Sequence record: DRR723986_1329
Reading direction: 5' to 3' (one strand)
DNA length: 59,197 nucleotides
Position 1 is the first letter of the stretch; each line of letters starts with the position of its first letter. Positions 8,530 to 18,061 of this stretch are shown in pieces. Made by a program: the position numbers and the translations under genes. The notes beneath the pieces are model-generated. The model saw only the letters and a program-made list of their open reading frames with translations. It searched no databases and was not told where the DNA came from.

Positions 8530-9984
8530 CTAGAAGCCTCCTGGGCTCTGGAATCCAGGATCCGCGAAGTCATCGAATTCACTATGACGTTCCGGCGCGC
8601 GGTCGCGGAATCGAGTGAACTCCTTCTCCCAAGTAAGCTCTACTTCGCCGATAGGTCCATTACGCTGCTTGGCGATAATGATTTCCGCCTGCCCAGCGTA
8701 CTGCGAAGCCTCATCACCACGGTGGTAGTATTCCTCGCGGTGAACAAACATCACGACATCGGCATCCTGCTCGATGGCCCCTGACTCCCGCAAGTGACTA
8801 AGGCGAGGTCGGTGATCTTTCGAATCCTCTGCTTGCCGATTCAACTGAGCAAGACAGAGTACCGGGACGTAGGCTTCACGAGCGAGCCCCTTCAAGCGAC
8901 GTGCGATCTTCGCGACTTGTTCTTGCCGCGGATCCTTTGAATTGTCTGGTTCGATAAGCTGAAGGTAGTCAATCACGATCAGGCCAAGCGATTTCTCACG
9001 CTGCTTGATTCGCCGAGCCACTGCAGAAATTTCACTCATCGAACGACTGGGAGAATCATCCACATACAGCGGCGCGTGGCTGACCTCCATTGCTTTTTCG
9101 ACCAGACGTTTTCGGTCGTCCTGGGAGATCGTTCCATTTCGGAGCTGGTGACCGTTAACGCGTGCGACCGAACAGAGCAGACGGTCAGCCAACTCAATCC
9201 CAGACATTTCCAAGCTAACAAAGAGAACGGGCGCGCGGCTGAGCAGGGATACGTTCTCAGCAACGTTCAGGGCAAAGGCTGTCTTGCCCATCGATGGCCT
9301 GGCCGCCAAGATGACAAGTTCACCGTTGTGCAACCCACCGCTCATTGCGTCGTACTCAGTGAAGTGGGTATCGACACCACCAACGGAGTGCGTTCCTTGC
9401 ATCCGAGCGTCAATCCGCTCCATCGCACTGGTCAACAGATCACTGATCGAATCAGCAGACTGACTGCTGCGGTCATCTTGGATCTGAAAAACTCGCTGCT
9501 CTGCCTGACTCAACAGCTCCTTTGCATCATGAGCTTCTTCGTAGGCATCCCGGAGAATACTCGTTCCAGCCTCAATCAACTTTCGGTAGGTGGCTTTGCT
9601 GCGAACGATTTCGGCATAGTAGACGGCATGGGCAGCATTGGGGACACAGTTGGCTAGCTTGGCCAAATAGGCACTACCACCGACGGATTCGTAATCGTCC
9701 TCGGTCTTCAGGCGATTGACGAGCAGCGTTACGTCGATCTTGGTGCCAGAATCGACCATGGCCGTCATGTGCTCATACAAGATCCGATTGGCATCGTCGT
9801 AGAAGTCGTCGGCTTTGAGGACCATGACGAGATCGTCGCAGACGTCCGGCAGAAGCAGAATACTTCCAAGGACAGCCATCTCCGCCGAGACATCACAGGG
9901 AGGTGTGCGGTCCAAGATTGGCTGAGTCGCCTCGGGTGCGTCCTTCTTCCGCCATTTCTTTTTTTTGTCAGGTGCCGAAGCCAT
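8530..9984 (-). CDS. dnaB: Replicative DNA helicase
   Basis: AARPSMGKT Walker A, IVIDYLQL, LRESGAIEQDAD, KQRNGP. No intein (484 aa). Confidence 0.97.
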   Translation of the reverse strand: MASAPDKKKKWRKKDAPEATQPILDRTPPCDVSAEMAVLGSILLLPDVCDDLVMVLKADDFYDDANRILYEHMTAMVDSGTKIDVTLLVNRLKTEDDYESVGGSAYLAKLANCVPNAAHAVYYAEIVRSKATYRKLIEAGTSILRDAYEEAHDAKELLSQAEQRVFQIQDDRSSQSADSISDLLTSAMERIDARMQGTHSVGGVDTHFTEYDAMSGGLHNGELVILAARPSMGKTAFALNVAENVSLLSRAPVLFVSLEMSGIELADRLLCSVARVNGHQLRNGTISQDDRKRLVEKAMEVSHAPLYVDDSPSRSMSEISAVARRIKQREKSLGLIVIDYLQLIEPDNSKDPRQEQVAKIARRLKGLAREAYVPVLCLAQLNRQAEDSKDHRPRLSHLRESGAIEQDADVVMFVHREEYYHRGDEASQYAGQAEIIIAKQRNGPIGEVELTWEKEFTRFRDRAPERHSEFDDFADPGFQSPGGF

Positions 9985-10181
9985 AATCGCCTTTTCGCGA
10001 AGTCAGTCTATGTCGGAAAGCCATTTCTATGCAGCCTCGCCATTCTATCCATTCGGCCGACCGGCGAGCAGCCTGCAGGCATATATTGTGCGGTGAATCC
10101 TATGCCAACGGAACAAATTGTGGCTTGAGACTTCACCACGACACGCTAGCAATCGTGCGAGCGGATTTTTCGAGAGCTCGG

Positions 10182-12311
10182 CTACTTGATATTTAGCAGT
10201 AGCGGCCTGCCGATGGATATTCGGCCGTCGGACATCGTGGACTTCAGCCACAATCGAACGGGGCCCTTGCCGAACTGGTCGAGCTTGATAGCAAACGTCG
10301 TCTTCGACCCCTCGACACGCTCTAGCTGCTCTTGCTCGTGATACAAGACAATGTTCTGAGCATCACTGCAACTGACCTGGATCTTTAGCCGATCTTCCGA
10401 AGTGGCAGCGTACCAATTGGCTGCGCCGTATAGCCGCATTTCTTCGGGCAGTCTCTCTTTCTTGAATTCTGGCACTACGTAGCGAATCAGGTCCGGATCG
10501 TCGATGGCAACCGGCAGAACAAAATCATTTCGCTGAGCCAGTGGGTCATCTGCAACCAGCCGCATCGTCAGTTCGTGGTAGCCCGGCGAGAGCCCGTTGA
10601 GCTTGATCGAAAGTCGCTTGCTGATTGGCCCAGATTTTGGCCCAGCACCATCGGTCAACATGCTGACGGCCACCGGTGCAAGCCGCTGCCTTCTTTGAGA
10701 GTGCTTGGTCGACTCCAGGTTCCACTGCAGGTACCGCTTCACGGATTGTTTGAAACTGAACACCATCGTATCAGTTGTCTTCAGCACCTGAGGCTTGATG
10801 CCAAAATCTGTACTTGGAGCATGCGAGAACGGTTTGCACAATGGATCGCCAACGATCAGCAGTTGATAGGGGCTGGTGACACTCAAGTAGAACGCCTCAA
10901 CCAAGGTCGCCCCTTGCGCGTAGTAGGCGTACATCATCGGGTGAGGAAATTTTGCTTGGATGGAGTAGGGCTCCGTCACCGTCCCGCTACTACCCGCTGC
11001 ACCCGAACGAATAAACTCTGAGAGCTTCGTCTGCGATGGGGATGTCATTACACCACCGAAGCTGGTCAAGTTGTCCGCGATTGCCCCAGGCACAAATTTA
11101 CTGGCGGATTTTTCCCAGACGAAGTTGGGCGTTCCGATCTGTGCCCCCAAGACCGAATCGTCATCCTTGGGCAGCGCAGTGGGAATCACCTTTGCCGAAA
11201 ACCCAAGCTCGCCAAGCCGACTAATTGCTGCGGCACGCCCTGGTTTTCGCGACGTCGTTCGGACATCTTTGGTATCGGCGAAATAGAAAGTGCCTTCTGG
11301 ATAGGTGTAATCTGCCTTGCTGGCTCGCCGCAAGCACTCGATGGCTTCTTCAAGCGTCGTTCCTTGGCCTCGGGTGACGCCCAAGACAATGCTGAGCAGA
11401 TAACGGTAGCCTTTGCGTGGATCCTTGATACGGACACCATTGGGGCTCCAAACCGCTTGGGCGGAGAACCCCTTGGGCGCGGTCAACCCCGAAGGATTGT
11501 CTTCCAATAGAAATTGAATGCTATCGAACTCCGACGTACTTCGCAACGCACTGAACCTGGAATCCCCCTTCAGTCGCGTCCCATCCTTCCAGCCCGCCTG
11601 AATGGCCTTCTGCAATGAGCTCAATGCATTCTCTTTGTCGCCGGCTGCCGCGTACTCGGCGGCCGCCAAGTACTGCAATGGGAACTGGCCTGGATTGTCG
11701 GCCAGTAACTTCAGTGACTCTGCTGCAGCCTGAGCATGCCGCTGCTGTGTCACTAGGTCAAGAATCTTCGACCACTGCTCCTGAGATTGTGCACCGGCGG
11801 GAGAAGTGAAATAGTGGTCCACTGGCAGACAGGCGTAGCGATTGGCATTGAAATCAACAAACCCAGGATCATCCGTCATGACGAACTGGTAGAAGAAGGT
11901 CATCGCGTTAATTGAGGCGACACGCGTGAAGTACTTGGGCAGCTTCCCCAACTTGTCCATCAATTTCCCAACCTTCACGCCGGTCGGAAAATCCGTAGAG
12001 TAAGCAATACACTGCACGTGAGCTGCCAAGCCGCGTCGATCGATCTCTTCCAAAACGGGCGTGAGAATTTTTTTCCGGAAGTCATCCAACTCGACAACTT
12101 CTGACGAGGGCACTTCAGGCAAGAAGATCACGTTCTGCGATGGGATGCCTCGTAGAGCCACGTAGTAGTTCGCCAGCGTGCGTGAATCCTCAGACTCGCC
12201 GTTGACAACAACGACTACATCGCTGGCCGCTAAGCCCGCAAACGCGGCGCTTCCGATGCCCCACGTAGAACACAAGCAAAACAGAAAGACAATTCGTGAG
12301 ATCGTTATCAT
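10182..12311 (-). CDS. Exported TIGR03790-like protein with TPR-like insertion
   Basis: Signal peptide; VVVVVNGESEDS...YVALRGIP and GAIADNLTSFGG...GTVTEPY...GDPL motifs; helical QYLAAAEYAAAGDKENAL segment. Confidence 0.7.
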   Translation of the reverse strand: MITISRIVFLFCLCSTWGIGSAAFAGLAASDVVVVVNGESEDSRTLANYYVALRGIPSQNVIFLPEVPSSEVVELDDFRKKILTPVLEEIDRRGLAAHVQCIAYSTDFPTGVKVGKLMDKLGKLPKYFTRVASINAMTFFYQFVMTDDPGFVDFNANRYACLPVDHYFTSPAGAQSQEQWSKILDLVTQQRHAQAAAESLKLLADNPGQFPLQYLAAAEYAAAGDKENALSSLQKAIQAGWKDGTRLKGDSRFSALRSTSEFDSIQFLLEDNPSGLTAPKGFSAQAVWSPNGVRIKDPRKGYRYLLSIVLGVTRGQGTTLEEAIECLRRASKADYTYPEGTFYFADTKDVRTTSRKPGRAAAISRLGELGFSAKVIPTALPKDDDSVLGAQIGTPNFVWEKSASKFVPGAIADNLTSFGGVMTSPSQTKLSEFIRSGAAGSSGTVTEPYSIQAKFPHPMMYAYYAQGATLVEAFYLSVTSPYQLLIVGDPLCKPFSHAPSTDFGIKPQVLKTTDTMVFSFKQSVKRYLQWNLESTKHSQRRQRLAPVAVSMLTDGAGPKSGPISKRLSIKLNGLSPGYHELTMRLVADDPLAQRNDFVLPVAIDDPDLIRYVVPEFKKERLPEEMRLYGAANWYAATSEDRLKIQVSCSDAQNIVLYHEQEQLERVEGSKTTFAIKLDQFGKGPVRLWLKSTMSDGRISIGRPLLLNIK

Positions 12312-12313
12312 CT

Positions 12314-12398
12314 GGACAGAGTGGCTTTAAGGACAGTGCGGCTTGGTGGACAGAGTGGCTTGGTGGACAGAGTGGCTTGGTGAACGAAGTGGCTTGAT
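12314..12398. repeat. 5 x 17-nt tandem repeat GGACAGAGTGGCTTGGT
   Basis: Units at 12314, 12331, 12348, 12365 and 12382; the third and fourth are identical, the rest degenerate. Confidence 0.85.
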
Positions 12399-13100
12399 TG
12401 GTGCGGTTGGCGGCTGCTGACGTGTTATGTTTGTCTTGGGGCGTTTCGCTGCAATGAACCGCACGCGATGACCGGAAAAGATGGATCGACCGGTGGCGGC
12501 TAGCCTGTGTGTTGCATCAGCCCTGTGAATGATTTGCGCAGACATTTGAATCTTCTGCACTGTTCAATTGAATCGTACAGTACAGTCAGCGGTGCTCAAT
12601 CAGCGTTGCCCCTAGGTTAACAGTAACCTCCAGAGCGAGAGAAGCTACTGGACTACTGTATGAGGCCAGCGAAAAGGTAGCGGGTCAGAGTTGTAGACTT
12701 CGGGAATCACCGATTCTCCATCTCTCCGTCGCTGGGCTGTGCGATGCTGAGGGATCTAAACCTGTTCACGTCGCTAACCGAGGCGGTGGGTGGCTGTTTA
12801 GAAAAACTCGGCGAGTGTCTCTTGCGTCGCCCCGCACGACCCCTATAATCTGCTCCTTCATAAATTCGAACAGCGGCGTGGCGAGATCCACGGTTGCGAC
12901 CGATGGATGGTTAGGCATCGCTTCAAAAGCTTTCCTGGCATTTTGTGGGCAATCTTCCCACGGCATCTCTCGCTTGCAGGAGTCGCTTGTCAGCAATTAC
13001 GCTGGCGGATCGAATGTTGAAGCCAAAAGAAGATCGACTCCGGGTTGCCTCGGACCGATTTGAATAAAAAATTGAAAACGGTAAGCCGGTATTTTTCACC

Positions 13101-13173
13101 GCGGGCGTAGCTCAGTTGGTAGAGCACAACGTTGCCAACGTTGTTGTCGTGGGTTCGAATCCCATCGCCCGCT
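13101..13173 (+). tRNA. tRNA-Gly (anticodon GCC)
   Basis: GCGGGCG/CGCCCGC acceptor stem, anticodon arm CAACG-TTGCCAA-CGTTG, GGTTCGAATCCC T arm. No encoded CCA. Confidence 0.96.
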
Positions 13174-13379
13174 CTTGCCGGACTTACCGTTTTTTTTTCG
13201 ATCTACTCGTTTCGGTTCAGTCAGAAGACGCTGGAAGGCTCGCTCCCAGGATTTCTTCGAACCTGCACCGAAATTGAACGCTTAATTTGCGCGTGCCTCC
13301 TACGCATCCGGCTCACATCAATGAGTCGCGACTGGCCCGCGCCAGAGAGTCATCGCATTACTTCGGAGCTCGGATAGAA

Positions 13380-14894
13380 ATGGCTGCTACGGAAACGGAA
13401 CAAGAACAGCAGGCTGAGGAAGCAAAGCAACCGCTCCAAATCGACACCCAAATCGAAGTGAAGAGCGCCTGCGAACGCCACGTTGTGGTCACAATTTCGC
13501 AAGCGGAAGTTGCTCGCTATCGCAAAGACACTTTCGACGAAGTTATGCCAAAGGCTGAGCTTCCTGGTTTCCGTGCGGGTAAAGCACCCCGGAAATTGGT
13601 CGAATCGAAATTTAAGGAACAGGTCACTGAACAGGTTAAAAGCAACCTGGTCATGGACAGTCTGCAGCAAGTCACCGAAGGCGATCACTTTTCAGCCATC
13701 GGCGAACCTGATTTCGACTACGAAGCGATCGACGTCCCTGAAGAAGGTGACTTTCGGTACGAGTTCCGCATTGAAGTTCGCCCAGACTTCGACACTCCCG
13801 ACTGGAAGGGACTTGAGCTGTCCCGACCAACTTGCGAGCTGACGGACGAACAAGTTGACCAGCACTTGAACAAGACACTTGTTCGCTTCATGCAAGGCGA
13901 AGCGGTTGACGGCGAAATCGAAGCTGGCGACACGCTAACCCTCAACGGTACCTTCACATTCGAAGGCAAGGAACTGCAGAGCTTTGAAGAAGAGCAAGCA
14001 GTTGTTCGCGAGAAGCTAGCATTTGGCGACGCGGTCATTGAAGGCTTTGACAAGCTTGCTGTCGGCAAGAAAGAAGGTGACAAGCTTACCACCAAGGTAA
14101 CGCTGTCTGATTCGGCTGCCGACGAGGACCTTCGTGGCAAGGAAGTGGATGCAGAGTTTGAAATCGTTGAAGCTAAGCGTATCGCAATCGACGAAATCAG
14201 CGGCGATTCCCTCGAAGGCCTCGGATTTGACGATGTTGATGAACTACGCACGTTCGTCCGCGGTGAACTCGAACGTCAATTCGACTACCACCAGCAGAAA
14301 GCTCTGCGAGAGCAAATTGTTGAGCAGCTCACCGAAGGAGCTGACTGGGACATGCCTGAGTCCCTGATTCGCAGCCAAACGAATCGCGAACTTCAACGCA
14401 TGAGCCTTGAACTGCAGCGGAGCGGCTTCAATCAGGATCAACTCAAGAGCTACGTTAACGCTTCACGCTTGAATGCTCGTGAATCTACCATCCGAGCTTT
14501 GCGAGAGCACTTCATTCTAGAAAAGATCGCCGAAGAGCTTGAGATCGAGCCGAGCCCAGAAGATTACGACAAGGAAATCGACCTAATCGCTGAGCAAAGC
14601 GATTCGTCTCCTCGTCGCGTGCGAGCTCGCCTGGAAAAAGGCGGACAAATGGACGCCATCCGGAATCAGATCATCGAGCGCAAGGTCATTGAGAAGATTA
14701 CCGACGAAGGGAAAGTGTCCGACAAGGAAGACGACGATTTCTTGAAGGCGTCTGCTGAAGACACTTCGAACATCGAAATTGCAATCGGCGGAAGCTTCGA
14801 CGACATCCCTGAGGCGAAGCACGATAACGAGCCTGCCCAAGTTCCAGGTGCTCCCAAGCTGCCTGAAGGCGACAAGGCTTCCTCAGACGAGTAG
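13380..14894 (+). CDS. tig: Trigger factor
   Basis: LPGFRAGKAP ribosome-binding motif; upstream of clpP genes; ATG 13380. Confidence 0.95.
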   Translation: MAATETEQEQQAEEAKQPLQIDTQIEVKSACERHVVVTISQAEVARYRKDTFDEVMPKAELPGFRAGKAPRKLVESKFKEQVTEQVKSNLVMDSLQQVTEGDHFSAIGEPDFDYEAIDVPEEGDFRYEFRIEVRPDFDTPDWKGLELSRPTCELTDEQVDQHLNKTLVRFMQGEAVDGEIEAGDTLTLNGTFTFEGKELQSFEEEQAVVREKLAFGDAVIEGFDKLAVGKKEGDKLTTKVTLSDSAADEDLRGKEVDAEFEIVEAKRIAIDEISGDSLEGLGFDDVDELRTFVRGELERQFDYHQQKALREQIVEQLTEGADWDMPESLIRSQTNRELQRMSLELQRSGFNQDQLKSYVNASRLNARESTIRALREHFILEKIAEELEIEPSPEDYDKEIDLIAEQSDSSPRRVRARLEKGGQMDAIRNQIIERKVIEKITDEGKVSDKEDDDFLKASAEDTSNIEIAIGGSFDDIPEAKHDNEPAQVPGAPKLPEGDKASSDE

Positions 14895-14928
14895 ACTCTA
14901 CCCGTCTCGGCCAGACCAATCATTTAAG

Positions 14929-14961
14929 AAAGGCTTTCCCTTCTCGGGAGAGCCTTTTTTT
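14929..14961 (+). terminator. Intrinsic terminator after tig
   Basis: AAAGGCTTTCCC-TTCTC-GGGAGAGCCTTT hairpin plus T run. Confidence 0.75.
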
Positions 14962-15352
14962 GTGCCGGTCGCAGTGCAACTGCCTAAACGAGCCGAGGCT
15001 TTCGATCGCCCACACGCTGGCCTTCAACGGTACGACTTGCATAAACTACGCTTGCGTGAGTCAGGAAATCCGAAGTTCACTTTCAAAGCGGAAGAATTGT
15101 CGTGAGGCGGTTGTCTTCCGCCGATACTCCACTTGCGTAAAACCATCGAAACGAAAACATTGATGCTTAGCCGCATTGTGACCGTCCAACTCATTGGGCA
15201 AACTAGGCATTTGATACGGAAGTCCTTCTCCCAAGCTGGCAGTTCATTTTGGCAGCGGGAATGGGGGCGATGATCCTCAGAAATATCAATGGCACTCCAT
15301 CGGAGACTGAGATTCTCCGCTACTGGTGCTGACAACGACGAAGGAGTGAGAG

Positions 15353-15982
15353 TTGAATTCCCCGCTGATGATCGATGAAATCACCAACTCATACGCAGCC
15401 CAAAGTTACCAACGGCAGCGTCAGATGACCTTGGGTGATTTGCTGCTTGAAAACCGCATTGTGTTCCTGCAAGGTGACATTCACACCGGGAACGCTAACG
15501 AAGTGGTTATGAAGCTGCTCTACCTGCAGAGTGAAAACCGCCGCAAGGACATTCACTTCTACATCAATAGCCCCGGCGGTGAAGTCATCGCGACGTTGGC
15601 TATCTACGACACGATGCAAATCCTGTCTTGCCCAGTCGCAACGTATTGCGTTGGTCAGGCTGCCAGCGGTGCAGCCGTCCTGCTGGCTGGCGGTACAAAG
15701 GGCAAACGATACTGCCTTCCGCATAGCCGCGTGATGGTTCACCAGCCTGCTGGCGGTGTCCAAGGGCAGATCTCGGACATCGAGATTCAAGCCAATGAAA
15801 TCCTTCGATATCGTTCCCTGCTGAACGAGATTCTTGCCAACCACTGCGGTAAGAAAGCGGAAGATATCGCTCGTGACTCAGACCGCGACTTCTTCCTAAC
15901 AGCCCAGTCAGCAGTCGACTACGGGCTCGTGGATGAAATCCTGAACAAGCCGCCCGCCGAGGGCGAAGAAGCTGCAAGCTAG
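15353..15982 (+). CDS. clpP: ATP-dependent Clp protease proteolytic subunit (first paralogue)
   Basis: YINSPGG, GQAASG (catalytic Ser), MVHQP (His), DRDFFL. Start uncertain (TTG 15353 or ATG 15368). Confidence 0.92.
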   Translation: MNSPLMIDEITNSYAAQSYQRQRQMTLGDLLLENRIVFLQGDIHTGNANEVVMKLLYLQSENRRKDIHFYINSPGGEVIATLAIYDTMQILSCPVATYCVGQAASGAAVLLAGGTKGKRYCLPHSRVMVHQPAGGVQGQISDIEIQANEILRYRSLLNEILANHCGKKAEDIARDSDRDFFLTAQSAVDYGLVDEILNKPPAEGEEAAS

Positions 15983-16068
15983 CGCTACCAAGGTCGCGAT
16001 AGCAGCCCCCGGGCCAGTCCGGGGCACCCCAACTTCAACAAAACAGCTTAATACACCGGAAACCAACG

Positions 16069-16665
16069 ATGCCAACCATTCCATACGTTATTGAAAAGAG
16101 CGGTCGGGAAGAACGCGTCTACGACGTCTACAGCCGACTACTCAAGGATCGAATTATCTTCCTCGGCTCGCAAGTCAACGATGAAATTGCGAACGCCCTG
16201 GTTGCACAGATGCTTTTCTTGCAATCAGACGATCCGAAGAGTGATATCCACCTGTACATTAATTCGCCCGGTGGAAGCGTCAGCGCTGGACTAGCGATTT
16301 ACGATACGATGCAGTTCGTTTCCTGCGACGTAGCAACGTACTGCATCGGGCAAGCTGCATCGATGGGTTCGCTTCTACTGACTGCCGGTTGCAAGGGCAA
16401 GCGATTTGCATTGCCCAACGCACGCATCATGATTCACCAACCGCTGGCCGGCATGCAAGGCACGGCCGAAGAGATCATGATTCACGCAACTGAATTCAAA
16501 AAGACCAAGCGAAAGCTGAACGAAATCTACCTCAAGCACACCGGGCAAGCTCTGGATAAGATTGAGAAGGACACCGATCGCGACCGCTTCATGTCGGCCG
16601 ACGAAGCTGTTGAATATGGCCTGATCGACAAGTCCATTGAATCGATGGCGGCTACCGAAGGGTAG
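16069..16665 (+). CDS. clpP: ATP-dependent Clp protease proteolytic subunit (second paralogue)
   Basis: [43 protein letters not shown]. Confidence 0.96.
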   Translation: MPTIPYVIEKSGREERVYDVYSRLLKDRIIFLGSQVNDEIANALVAQMLFLQSDDPKSDIHLYINSPGGSVSAGLAIYDTMQFVSCDVATYCIGQAASMGSLLLTAGCKGKRFALPNARIMIHQPLAGMQGTAEEIMIHATEFKKTKRKLNEIYLKHTGQALDKIEKDTDRDRFMSADEAVEYGLIDKSIESMAATEG

Positions 16666-16693
16666 TTCGTTCCTGCGAAGTCAGTCAATATCT

Positions 16694-16732
16694 AACGGGA
16701 AGCATGCTCATCTGAGCGGCTTCCCGTTTTTT
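16694..16732 (+). terminator. Intrinsic terminator after clpP pair
   Basis: AACGGGAAGC...GCTTCCCGTT hairpin followed by TTTT; lies between convergent genes. Confidence 0.75.
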
Positions 16733-16739
16733 GTGCGCG

Positions 16740-17885
16740 TCACTGCTCGAGCAGGTGCTCGTACAAGGCCTCGTATTTCGCGAACTGCTTCTCGAGCGCA
16801 AACTCTCGCTCGACGAGTGCGCGATTCCAAACACCACATTGCTGGCGAAGTTGATTCTCACCGGCCAAGGCTTCTATGCGGTCGTGCAAGACCGTGTAAT
16901 TCCCCTTAGGTGCCATCTGCAAACCGGACAAATCCGATTCAGTAGACTGTTGAGCCGGCTTTAGTATCTCCTGCAGGCCATCGACGTCAAAAGCGACAAA
17001 GGGCTTCTGCGCAGCCATCGCTTCAAGCACGACGTTTGGCATTCCTTCGTATTCACTTGGCAAGACGAGCATTTCACTGTGGCGAAGCAAATCCGGCACG
17101 TCCGCTCGCCAGCCAAGTAAGTGGACTCGATCCGCACAGGGCATCAGACTGATGATTCCCTCAAGCTGAGGTCTCAGGGGGCCTTCTCCCACGATTACGA
17201 CGTGGTGCTCCGGAAGCGAGTCGAGAAGCTTTGGAAGCGACTGCAAATAGTTCGCATAGCCTTTCTGAGGGAACAACCTTCCAACGGACAGCAGCACACG
17301 GGGCCCGATCGACTCTCGCTCCCATAAACCGTCGACTTCTCGATCAGCCAGCCCAGGGAGCTCCACGCCGTTGGGAATCACGACAAGCTTGTCGGTCGCA
17401 ATCCGCTCAGTGCTTGCCAGGTGATCAGCAACAGACCTGCTAACGCAAACAATTCGCTGCATCTTCTTGCAGGCATAACGATGGATGGCTGCCCGAGCGC
17501 GACTCGGATCACTAACTCGTGCCCCACCTAGAAAAACGCCTGTGCTTTTGGGCAGGGCCAGCGCGGTAATGCAATCCGCGTGAAACAACATCGACTGGAC
17601 CACGTCAGGAGAGAACTCCTTCAGCTTGCGTCGTAGCCAGTAAACTGCCTTGCACCCACGAACCATTTGCGACACGCCGCGCGAGGGACCCAACCCAGCG
17701 ACTTCCCACCGCGCTCCACCGTCGTCAAGGATATCCGTAATCACACTTTGACCAGCGACCGGCTTGGGACCAAACGCAAACACACGAACATCATGTCCTC
17801 GCTTGTGCAGATACACGGCCAACCGGGCCAGGCATCGTTCAGCACCGCCAGGGTCCAGCTCCGTAATGGTCAGCGCGATTCGCAT
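16740..17885 (-). CDS. GT4-family glycosyltransferase
   Basis: ITELDPGGAER, VIPNGV, VGRLFPQKG, EGMPNVVLEAMA. Confidence 0.92.
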   Translation of the reverse strand: MRIALTITELDPGGAERCLARLAVYLHKRGHDVRVFAFGPKPVAGQSVITDILDDGGARWEVAGLGPSRGVSQMVRGCKAVYWLRRKLKEFSPDVVQSMLFHADCITALALPKSTGVFLGGARVSDPSRARAAIHRYACKKMQRIVCVSRSVADHLASTERIATDKLVVIPNGVELPGLADREVDGLWERESIGPRVLLSVGRLFPQKGYANYLQSLPKLLDSLPEHHVVIVGEGPLRPQLEGIISLMPCADRVHLLGWRADVPDLLRHSEMLVLPSEYEGMPNVVLEAMAAQKPFVAFDVDGLQEILKPAQQSTESDLSGLQMAPKGNYTVLHDRIEALAGENQLRQQCGVWNRALVEREFALEKQFAKYEALYEHLLEQ

Positions 17886-18061
17886 GAATTCGTGTCTCTC
17901 CGTGGCTTGTTAATCGCGTGAATTATAAAGCAGCTACCTATGGGCGTTTCGCATTCTAATCTTGCCGGTTATGTTTGGGAGTCACCTGGCAAAGCAAACC
18001 AGGTTTCTCTACTCGATACGATTCGGTTAAGCATAGCGCTCTGTCGGCGGAAATTTGGGAC

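Noticed and set aside
8530..9984. Intein in DnaB
   Set aside because: Normal length with contiguous helicase motifs.
1579..13173. Integrative element or prophage at tRNA-Leu or tRNA-Gly
   Set aside because: No integrase, no duplicated tRNA 3' end seen, and the genes between are housekeeping.
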